DNA of 64,000 nucleotides from the human T2T-CHM13v2.0 reference genome, Homo sapiens: assembly GCF_009914755.1 (NCBI RefSeq), contig NC_060933.1; one strand, given 5' to 3'. Of this stretch, positions 51,611 to 64,000 are shown piece by piece (the first letter of the stretch is position 1; each line of letters starts with the position of its first letter). The translations under genes and the position numbers were made by a program. The notes under the pieces are model-generated. The model did no database searches. It was given only the letters and a program-made list of their open reading frames with translations, and had not been told where the DNA came from.

Positions 51611-52446
51611 CTGATACAGTGGCCCGAGCCCATGGACAGAAAGGAGACTCAAGTCTGCCTGCTGCCCATCGGCTCTTCAACTCACAGCTGAGTTAATAGG
51701 TAACCCAGCAGACTTGCCGCACACACCTCCTCTTGCCCGGGGCAGCTGGGACAGCTGGAATTGGAGACACTTGAGAGCCATGGGGACATGGAGAGGAACT
51801 GGGGTAGATGGCCAAGCCATGCCCCTTGTAGTTGGGACTGGACCAGTAAAAATGGCACACCAATGAGGCCACTTTGCAGACGGGCAGGTGGGGAGCTGAA
51901 AGTGCAATCCACGGTGCCAACAAGCCTCTGGGAAAAAGCAGGGTGGGAGAGAGCAGGCTGGAAAGTAGAGCTCAGTAGTCTATGTCTGTCCATCTGTCTG
52001 TCTGCCTATCTGCTAGAGCCAGAACTTTGGGGTCACAGGCCAGGGCCTGGCAACAGTGAGGCACTCTACAAACAGCATGAGGTGTGACAAAGTCTGCTGC
52101 CGAGCTCTGTAAACAGCACTGAACACTGAAACATGCGCCAGGTTCTGTCAAAAATGAAGGGGTCAGCAAAATGCACCAGGCTGTGCAACCAGGTCAGTGC
52201 AAACAGAGGTTTGTGAGAGAGTGAGTGAATGAATGAATGACCGAGAGAGGGAGGGAGAAAAGGAAGGACTGGATCTACTTCCTGGTGTATCTTCAGTGCC
52301 CAGCACCATGCCAGGCACATAGTAGATGTGCAATAAGTATTTGTTGAATGGGTGAAAACTGGGGAATCTGTCTTACTCCCAACTAGATCCTCAGAGCTTC
52401 CCAAAGGGCCTGGCACTTGATTTATATTTAGTTAAGTGCACGATTA

Positions 52447-52883
<437 letters not shown>

Positions 52884-52964
52884 AGAAGAGGGATACAGAT
52901 ACCTCTAAGTGTGGCCTTAGTCACTCTGCTATCTCACTGTCTGCATGCCCGGAAGCTGACACCA

Positions 52965-54685
<1,721 letters not shown>

Positions 54686-55362
54686 TGAGATGGGCAGAGA
54701 GGGGCCAGGGCCAGGTGGCAGAAGGCCTCATGGCCCACATTAGGGAGTCTGAACTCTACCAGAGGGCCATGGGCCAAGTGGAGGGTTTCAGCAGGAGAGC
54801 TGCCTCCCCTGTGGAGGCCAGGATGGAGGAAGTGGAGTGGAGGCAGGGTGAGCATCAGCTTCTCCACAGATGGGTGGAGAAGTGGTGGCAGCCTGAGCCA
54901 CAGAGATGGCAGTGCCAATGGCCACAAGAGCACAGTCAAGCTGAAAGGCTTGGTGTTCGGTTAGAGAGGGAAGGGAGCGGGGCAGCTCAGCGATGCCCTC
55001 AGGTCCTGGCTAGGGCAGCGGAATGACTAGCGTGGGGCACAGCAGAGAAGCTGTGAAAGAATGGACAAGGAGGCCCTTTCTGGACATGTTGAGTGTGAGG
55101 AGCCCGCTAGACACTTGGGTGGGATGGCCAGTGAGGAGGCAGCTGGTCATGTGGTCTCACTTACAGACACATTTGGAGGACAGCAAATCACAGATGGTCA
55201 TCTGAGCCATGGGCATAGATGAGAGAGCTCAAGGAGAGGGTACAGACTAAGAAGAGGGGCCCAAGAAAGCCAGCCTACAAAGCAAGAAACTGACAGCCAA
55301 CCAGATCCCCTAAGTAATCTGTTAACCAAGGAACTAAATAGCTAACAACTCACTAATGCCTG

Positions 55363-55690
55363 TTTCTTTTCTTTTTCTTTTTCTTTCTTTTTTTTTTTTT
55401 TTTTTTGAGACAGGGTCTCACTCTGTCACCCAGGCTGAAGTGCAGTGGCACAGTCACAGCTCACTGAAGCCTAGACTTTCCAGGGTTCAAGTGATCCTCC
55501 CACCTCAGCCTCCCAAGTAGTTGGGACTACAGGAGCATGCCACCATGACCGGCTATTTTTTCCTATTTTTTGTAGAGATGGGGTTTTGCCATGTTACCCA
55601 AGCTGGTCCCAAACTCCTGGACTCAAGCAATCCTCCAGCCTCAGCCTCCCAAGGTGCAGGGATTTCAGGCATGAGCCAACATGCCCGGTG
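55363..55690 (-). mobile_element. AluJ
   Basis: Alu consensus match with J diagnostics. Confidence 0.88.
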
Positions 55691-55863
55691 GCTTATTAAC
55701 CCTTTGACTAACCTATGAAAAACCAACTAACTGATTCTCCTGTTAACCAGCTATTAACTCATTGAATTATCTAATCAACCAGTCAACCATAAACTATCCA
55801 ACTAACCACGAGCCAACAATTCAACCTGCTAGCCAACATTTCTTCATTCAACAAACATTTGTT

Positions 55864-56187
<324 letters not shown>

Positions 56188-57009
56188 TCAAGCACCAGGG
56201 ATACAAAGTCAAAACCCACTCTCCACTCTTGGGTCACTCTGTTTAATAGAAGAGATGGGTAATGGCAACACCACCAGAGAGAAGCAGCCTGGGACTGGGG
56301 GAACTCAGGGGAGGCATGGGAGGTGAGGCCTGAAGGGAGTTTTGAAGAATGGGCGGGTGGTGGCCTGACATGGCCATGGGGGAGTAGGGTGGTGGTAGAA
56401 AGAATGGTGGAAGCTGTGCACATTCTAGATATTTTAGGAGATTGGTGACTGGATGTGAGGCATGGGGAAGAGGGAAGTATCAAGGACATGACCTTGACTT
56501 CTGGCTTGAGCAACTGAAGAGAAGGGGACCCCTGACTGAGCCAAGAGCACAGGAGGAGTGGACTTGTGGGGGGCGGAGGAGGCTGTTTCCATCTAGGAGC
56601 TGAGTTGCCTGTGAGACACCAGTGGGTCTCTAGAAACAGGATCTAAAGCCCTGGAAAGAGACGTAGGCTAGAGGCAATGATGTCAACAGAGGGGCACTAT
56701 TCATTCTCTCCGTCCAAGTGTACAACAGGCAAATATCCCTGCTTGCGTGGAGCTGACAGCAATGAAATGTAATAAGTAAGTACATTTGTATAAGCGAAGG
56801 TACCAGCTCCTATGGGAAAAAACAGAGCAAGGAGAGGGGAATTGGGAGTGCAGGGGCTGGAGATGGGGTGTGATTTCAAATAGGGCAGTCAGAGTAATCC
56901 TTGTTGAGAAGGTGGCCTTGGAGCAAAGCCATGAAGGAGATGAGAGTGGGCTGTATGTTAACTGCAGAAAGCCTCTCAGATGGAGGGAATAGTCACCAGA
57001 GGACTCTCA

Positions 57010-57461
<452 letters not shown>

Positions 57462-57822
57462 CTAACAAGGACTACATAGGCAGGGCCTTGGCCATTGCAA
57501 GGACTGGCTCTTTTTCACCCCAAAGACAGCTGAGCCTGAGAGGGTGAGAGGTGCTGAGTGCAGTTGAGTTGAAGGCCACCTGCATGCCTTGACCCTCATC
57601 CAAGTATTTCTGAGCCTCCCCTCACCCCAAGACCCAGCCCAGGCAACAGGTGGAAGATGCTTTTCTTCTGGGACCTCAGAGGTGAGTGGGTGGGTGGGGA
57701 GGAGGAGGTCGAGGGGGGACAGCTGCCCCAAGGGAGAGGCTGAGGATGGAGCAGGGAGGGCACTGAAGTGGGCTGGGTGGAGGACAGGGGGCTGGAGGGT
57801 GAGAAGAAGGTGGGGTACTTAC

Positions 57823-57873
57823 CGCCTGTGCCCAGATGCTTGAACCATGTTTTGTCCTTCAGATTTGTAGATG
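57823..57873 (-). pseudogene. AQP7P: AQP7 paralog exon 2 (ATG at 57848; MVQASGHR-R)
   Basis: ctcag acceptor; ATG GTT CAA GCA TCT GGG CAC AGG CG; donor GTAAGT at 57822-57817. Confidence 0.93.
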
Positions 57874-58261
57874 CTGAGGAGCCAAAGAGAGGTCACTAGG
57901 GCTGGAGGACACAGAACTTGGCCCCACACTTCCATCAGATCTTTGTCCCCAGGGGAGAAGCCCTGGGGCAGCTCCTGCTAGTGCCACTCCCTTAACCCAG
58001 CCAAGGAACAGGGAGGGAGGAGCGGTGCTCAGCCAATGAGGTGACGCCCTGGAGCCCCACCCCACCCATGCTGGCCCCAGGACCCCAACCCCAGGCCAGA
58101 CCCTCCAGTGCTCCTGCTGACCTTCCCTGTCTGCAGCCCAGCTTTGGACTGTGGAGATGCCCTCAGCCTCTACTCAGTGGCTCCAGCCTCATATTTGCAT
58201 GCTATACCTTTAACCTCAAGTTCTCTTGCTGCTAACTTAAGCTGTGACTGTCCAGGACCTG

Positions 58262-58309
58262 CACACACACATACATGCACGCATGCACACACACACACAC
58301 ACACACACA
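58262..58309. repeat. Interrupted (CA)n microsatellite in AQP7-paralog intron 1
   Basis: Direct observation. Confidence 0.85.
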
Positions 58310-58966
58310 GAAGGTGAACACACAGGATGAGGCCCTGAAAACTCATTTCACCCGTGTACCTCACCCAAAAATTCCCCTTTGTACTCCTATCTTTATCTCT
58401 AACTGACAGCATGAAGGTAGCCCGAAGTCCCCTCACCCTGTCTGTCCTCCTGATTCTCTAGCCCAGTTCCCTCTAGCTCCAGCACAGACTCTTATCTCCA
58501 GCCCTGACTGCTGAAACCCTCCAGCCCCAGCTCCAGCCCCTCAGGAGGGGACTGCGTGGGAGGAATGACTCCAGCAAGCCGGCAGCTGACCCGTCTCTGG
58601 CCTGCATGCCTCCCCCTGTGGTCCACTGCCGGTGGTCTTCAGCTCTCTCCTCGTCCCACCCCCATGGTCTGCTGACAGCCCAGCCCAGTGCATCCCTGCC
58701 ATCTCTGCTCTACCGCTGGTCCTCCCAACAACCAACTTACAGGTAAGGAAACTGAGGCCCAGAGAGAAGGTGTATGTGCCTGTGTCACACAGCAACACAG
58801 GACTGCACCATAACAAGAAAGCCGGGACTTCCACTCCCAGCCGGGGCTCCTTCCCCAAACAATCCCTCAGTCACCTCCTCGCTGTATGGTACCCAGGGAA
58901 TGGCCCTTCCAGATCTGGGCACTGAGGAGGCTGCCCCATCCCCACCCTGCCTGGAGCCCCACTCAC

Positions 58967-59114
58967 TCTGCTGAAATGTCTTCTGATTCTCAGCCTCTGC
59001 CTTGGGGGCTTCTCAGTTAAAGCGCATCTTGATCTTGTTCCTCTGTGACTGTCCCTGGCTCAGCTTCCACCCCCAGCTGGGGCTCAGCTATCCCTGTGTC
59101 CCCAGTCCAGAGCC
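58967..59114 (-). pseudogene. AQP7P: AQP7 paralog exon 1 (non-coding 5' UTR); 5' end approximate
   Basis: Reverse complement GGCTCTGGACTGGGGACACAGGGATAGC...CATTTCAGCAGA matches the recalled AQP7 mRNA 5' UTR. Donor GTGAGT at 58966-58961. Confidence 0.85.
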
Positions 59115-59163
59115 TGCCTCTCAGCCCTCCCAGGGCGGCCTTGAGCACTGCTCCTGCTCCTCC

Positions 59164-59176
59164 AGGGGAGAGGTCA
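59164..59176. promoter_or_regulatory. DR1 / PPAR response element in the AQP7 promoter
   Basis: AGGGGA-G-AGGTCA about 50-60 bp upstream of exon 1. AQP7 is an established PPAR-gamma target through a proximal DR1. Confidence 0.8.
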
Positions 59177-59650
59177 GTAAGGCAGGGATTTGGCTGGTGC
59201 CACTTGAACCAAGTCCAGATGCACTGCCCAAAATAACATCCCTCGTCTGGCCAGCAGTGCAGTGGAGACCGAGTTCTGAAGCAGGCCTTTGTGAGGTCAG
59301 AGGTGGAGTTCTGGGTGGGCACTCTGGGCCTCACAGTCCCAGAGGAAAGGCCTGTCCTCCAAGCCAATGTGCAGCCTGACTCTGGGGCCAGCGCCTGAGG
59401 AAGCCCTCCCTGAGCCCCAGCCCTGGGGAAGGCTGAAGAGGCCTCTGAGCTCCCAGCGCTGGGGAGCGCTGTGCAGAATAGGACTGGAGGTGAAAGTGTT
59501 GGAGATTAACAGCCAGATGGAGGGGACGGGGGGAGGCCCTGGGTCAGTCCTCAGGGAACCCCCATTCTGAAGGGGGAGAGGGAAACTCAGGCCCAGTCCT
59601 CAGGGGCCCCCAGTCTGAGAGGAAGGAGGACACACGAGCCATATTTGCAG

Positions 59651-59744
59651 AGAAACACCAGCCTGCGAGAGGAGGTAGAAGCCCAGGCCTGGCCCTCCGA
59701 GGGCCCCTAGTCTGAGGAGCAGTCCACCTGCCCTCGGGAAAACA
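59651..59744 (-). promoter_or_regulatory. Two insulin-response-element-like heptamers (TGTTTCT at 59657-59651, TGTTTTC at 59744-59738)
   Basis: Motifs are seen directly. AQP7 is known to be insulin-repressed through IRE-like heptamers, but such short motifs also occur by chance. Confidence 0.45.
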
Positions 59745-60331
59745 CCTCCCTTAGGAAAGGCCAGCAAGGCCCCCGTAAAGGAGCCACAGCTGGATCGGGG
59801 CATGGGGCTCGGGGCCCAGCGGTGTGGGAGCTCCGGGACCGAGGTGCAGTCAGGAGAGACCCTGGGGGCCAGTGGCAGTCCAAGAGGACTTTTGGAGCCA
59901 AGGCCTGACTGGGTCTCAAACAATGGGGCAGGCAGTTTGGGGTTTCAGCAGGTGGCCCAGTGCTGAGACACAAGGGAGTTGTTTCTGGTCTGCAGACACT
60001 GAGGACACTTGCTATGTGGCGTGGTGGATGGTGGGTAAGTCCTGGGAATTTCTGGCACCAGGTTCCCTGGGTGGGAAGGGGCATAGGATTCAGTTGTCCA
60101 AAGCTCAGGTGTGGGAATGGAACTGTCCTGTAGAGGGTGCCAAAGACCAGGTCTGGAAACTGCATAGCCCCAGTCCCCACCCCCACACACACCATCCCAC
60201 CCCTTCCAGCTTTTTCTGCAGGTCTTTCTGCAGGGGTGAGGCAGGGAGAGGAAGGGGTCGGCCGCAGTTCTGGGGCTTCCTAGTCAGAAGCCCTCTGTAA
60301 GGCACTAACTTCCCTCTTCCCTCTGCAGATT

Positions 60332-60623
60332 TTTTTTTTTTTTGAGACGGAGTCCTACTCCACCCAGGCTGGAGTGCAGTGGCACAATCTTGTCTCACCA
60401 CAGTCTCTGTCTCCCAGTTCAAGTGATTCTCCTGCCTCAGCCTCCCAAGTAGCTGGGATTACAGGCATGCACCACCAAGCCCAGCTAGTTTTTTTGGATT
60501 TTTAGTAAAGACGGGGTGTCACCATATTGATCAGGCTGGTTTCGAACTCCTGACCTCAGGTAATCCACCCGCCTCAGCCTCCCAAAGTACTGGGATTATA
60601 GGTGTGAGCCACTGTGCCCGGCC
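60332..60623 (-). mobile_element. AluS upstream of the AQP7 promoter
   Basis: Perfect TSD TCCCTCTGCAGATT at 60318-60331 and 60624-60637. Confidence 0.92.
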
Positions 60624-60900
60624 TCCCTCTGCAGATTCTACGTGGGCTCTAAGCAGCCTCTAAATTGCCTGAACACCTAAGGCTTATTTGCTAGTTGACA
60701 TCTGATCTATTCTGACACTGAAAATTTCAGTGCTTTAGGGTGCTAAAAGGAAAAAAGAGGGTTTGCGAGGAATCCTGCAGTTGCTGAGGGGGTACCCTGA
60801 TAAGGGAATTTTAAGCAATTACAGTAAGTGTCACTAAACTTTTTAAAAAATCTTTAACCAGATTAAACTTACACAATTTTGTTATAATTTGTTTCTGCAG

Positions 60901-61008
60901 CTTCCAATTGTGGACAAGATAAGGACCATTGCCCAGGCTGTCTATGGAGCCAAAGATATCGAACTCTGTCCTGAGGCACAAGTCAAAATAGATCGTTACA
61001 CTCAGCAG
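60901..61008 (+). pseudogene. MTHFD1L: MTHFD1L duplicated fragment, exon (108 nt, phase 0-0)
   Basis: [36 protein letters not shown] matches the recalled MTHFD1L formyl-THF synthetase C-terminal region. ttctgcag acceptor, GTAAAA donor. No upstream MTHFD1L exons in the window. Confidence 0.9.
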
Positions 61009-62524
61009 GTAAAAGTTGTACTTTTAGGGGAAAAGAAAAAATTCACCTTAGGCTCTCAGAATACTCAGCTTGACTTGAGGATTTGTACATGTCTCACCAG
61101 CTAACCTTTGCTTAATCTATTTTCTGGTTAACAAAGATGAAAACAATATCCTCGGGTAGAGTGTAAACTATATTTAGAACTTTATGGTGAGGCATGTATC
61201 CTCTGATCCATGCATGATTTACTTCTGTGACTATAAATGTGTCTGATATGGGTGGTATCCCTGTTTGTAGGTGATGTGTGATCTTTCATCCCTCCCACTC
61301 AGCCCAGAACGTTGAAACTATCCTTTGGAGTAGAGCTGCGGAGTCAGATTTGCATGAATTGCAATGCTTCCTCTTCCTTACAGGCCTCTTACTACCTTAA
61401 AAATGCTAGCAAGGTGCCAGGGTAGGCAGATAGGAGTGCAGCCTATAAAGATGGGAATGTTTGCTGTTCTTATGCAAGCGGTTCATTGGCTTTTTACTGA
61501 GCTGGTCCACTGAGGTTGAAGGCTCCATCATCTTCTACCTCTAGCCACTGAGAAAGGCAAGTAGGCAAACAGCTGGGAAGGTGGCTACGATCTGACAGCA
61601 TGTGTCATCACCTAGTCCAGTGACAGTCATGATGAATCAACTCCATTATAGGAGGCTCAGCCACCTTTTACCAAAAGGATCATGTGCCTCCAGTGTCCCT
61701 CCTACTTTGGTGTAATCAGATAGATAGAAGTCAGAACATTTTAAGAGCCTGTTGGCTAAAGAGCTTCATGATTGGTAGTGTTGACCTTATCTTTAAAAAC
61801 AATCTCCAACTCCTTATTCTTTTTTGTAAACCCATTTGAAATTTTGTTAAATGCTACCATTGCCAGCCAGGGTATTTGTTCTCCTAGGTTTGGTAAAATA
61901 GGAACTCAGAAAGTTCTAAATTCTTAGAATTTTCCCTGATGTTCTTGGCTTACCCTTTACAAAAAGGATTCCCAAGCACTGCTCTGTGCCTAGGCATTGT
62001 GGTGAAGTTTTCATTCATGTGCAATGAACCAAGTAAAATAAGGTCATTCTCATGAGGTTGCTTTGTTTTTTTTTCCCCGAGTTTTTAATAATGATATTTA
62101 AGACTATCATTTATTGTAATATTAAGTCTTTTCTCCTTTCAGTGTTAAAATGTTATTTCTTTTATGAAGTAATCTGGTGACAGTATATAGCATACTGGTT
62201 GGTTTCTGTTTCTTTTTAATATGCCTACTAACAAAATTTTTACATTAGCAAACCTATAGAAATTACTTTAATATTTAACCATGTCTGAAATTCAAAATTC
62301 TGGCACCATTCTGAAAGGCAGTTGTGATTCTCACTCAGCAAAATTCTTATCAGTATAGAAGAGTGGAGATTTCAAAAAGAAAATGGCCCCAAGCCCAAGT
62401 CCTCCCTAAGTTGATAAGACTCTAAGATCTTCCAAATAGTTTTAGGCTAAGTCTTATGAAAATTTGACTAAAGATTTCATTCCCTTTATCTCTATCAAGG
62501 AAATACTCCTTAAAAGTCGTGTCA

Positions 62525-62655
62525 ACCAGGCACGGTGCTCACACCTGTAATCCCAGCACTTTGTGGGGGCAAGGCAGAGGATCAGTTGAAGCCAGGAGTT
62601 GAGACCACTCTGAGCAACATAGCAAAACCTCCATCTCTATTTTTATTTTTTTTAA
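62525..62655 (+). mobile_element. FLAM / Alu left monomer
   Basis: Left-arm Alu sequence only. Confidence 0.75.
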
Positions 62656-63349
62656 AGTTAGTGCCAAGTATGTGGTTGCAATGAATTAGCAAAGCCTCTA
62701 AAGGAACACTGTGTGCCATTTAATCAGAAACAGGCTTATAGGACACTGTGCTTTTTGTGAGACACCACATGTGACTTCCTGCTCTTTCACCTTTGGAACT
62801 CTGGGTCAGACATAGACTTTTGTCCTTAAAAACAGGAAGCTTAAATAGTGACCTCATCTTAGTTCTTGTAATGTAGTTGCAGATCAAATAACCATGATTC
62901 ATAAACCAACACAAAGGAACCCTTTGCTTCTTGACTGACTCCAGAATGAGTGAACAACATGACTAAGAGCCTAGTCGCAGAGCCTTTCTCCAGACTACCT
63001 TGCTGGGTCCCGGATATTAATAGTCTTGGAAAGCGGTTTCTACAGCTGCTGCTTTGCCTGCAAATAGCAATGCTTTTCCCAAACTTGCACATAACACTGC
63101 CTTCTCTTAACGAGAACCTCCAAAATAAACAATAGTCACCCTTGACCTACTAAACAGTCATCACATAGAGATGAGTTTTTATCCTCACCTTCTTGCTTCT
63201 TCAGTGAACAAGTAGTAACAAGCAGCTCCTGCATGTGCCTCGATCTGAGCTGGCATACCATTGCTGCCGAGACTGTATAAAGTGCAAATTGAAAAACACA
63301 GGAGACTCACATCTATATCAGTGAACACATTTTCTTTCCTTTCTTACAG

Positions 63350-63502
63350 GGTTTTGGAAATTTGCCCATCTGCATGGCAAAGACCGATCTTTCTCTGTCT
63401 CACCAACCTGACAAAAAAGGTGTGCCAAGTGACTTCATCTTACCTATCAGTGATGTCCGGGCCAGCATAGGTGCTGGGTTCATTTACCCTTTGGTCGGAA
63501 CG
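63350..63502 (+). pseudogene. MTHFD1L: MTHFD1L duplicated fragment, next exon (153 nt, phase 0-0)
   Basis: [51 protein letters not shown]. Strong polypyrimidine tract with cttacag acceptor, GTGAGT donor. Confidence 0.9.
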
Positions 63503-64000
63503 GTGAGTGAGTCACATTTTCCAAAAACCCTCCCCATTCTGCATTGTCGCAGTGCCTCAAATCGTTATGCTCCACCCGCTCTTTAAAAATCATGGATTAG
63601 GGAGAATTGGGAGTAATTAATAGTACAGTATTCGCTATTTTTCTAAACACTCTGTCTCACCTACCTTTGCCATTGTGGTTTGGGTTTTTCTTTTTTTAGA
63701 TCATGTGTTCAGGATCCTTAGAGTCATAATACTAATTTCCTTCCTAAGGCAAGTAAGAACATAACTTGGGAGAATTCAGTCTATTTAAATGGTAGAATGG
63801 CTTAGGACAGTGGTTGTCAACCTTTATCACACATAGCACCCAAAATGATGTAATCAGTAGGGTTGAATGCTCACACCAGACAGGATCTGCCCAGTCACCC
63901 TAAGGGCTGGGGAAAGCAGTCCTCACCCTCTCACTTCCCCAGCACATCAGGTGGGAAGTTCTGGCTTAGGAAATTACTGAATCATATGAATTCTCATTTT

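Overview
Human (hominid) genomic DNA with the mosaic structure of a pericentromeric segmental duplication. It has three blocks. (1) About 1-39.8 kb is AT-rich, with no exons I can recognise. It holds old L1M, MaLR and MIR repeats, a solo LTR12, and a near full-length older L1PA (24.6-33.07 kb). That L1 is interrupted by a young, 5'-inverted (twin-primed) L1PA2-like insertion, and its 3' end is replaced by a 268-bp copy of DNA from 4.5 kb downstream. (2) About 39.8-60.65 kb is GC- and Alu-rich and carries a complete 8-exon unprocessed paralog of AQP7 (aquaglyceroporin 7) on the minus strand, of the AQP7B/AQP7P type. All splice sites, the promoter DR1/PPRE and the polyA signal are intact. It has a 12-nt in-frame gain in exon 3 and a single +1 slip in a C-run in exon 7 that moves the stop into the last exon. 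(3) From about 60.65 kb to the end is a duplicated fragment of MTHFD1L with two intact C-terminal exons on the plus strand, head-to-head with the AQP7 promoter. I see no wholly new biological system. The best leads are the predicted NMD-escaping 297-aa frameshifted aquaporin that is one base from an intact 346-aa ORF, an intronic inverted repeat apparently homogenised by gene conversion, a possible chimeric antisense transcript into the MTHFD1L exons, and several templated-insertion scars. Gene and repeat identities come from recalled sequences, not from searches.
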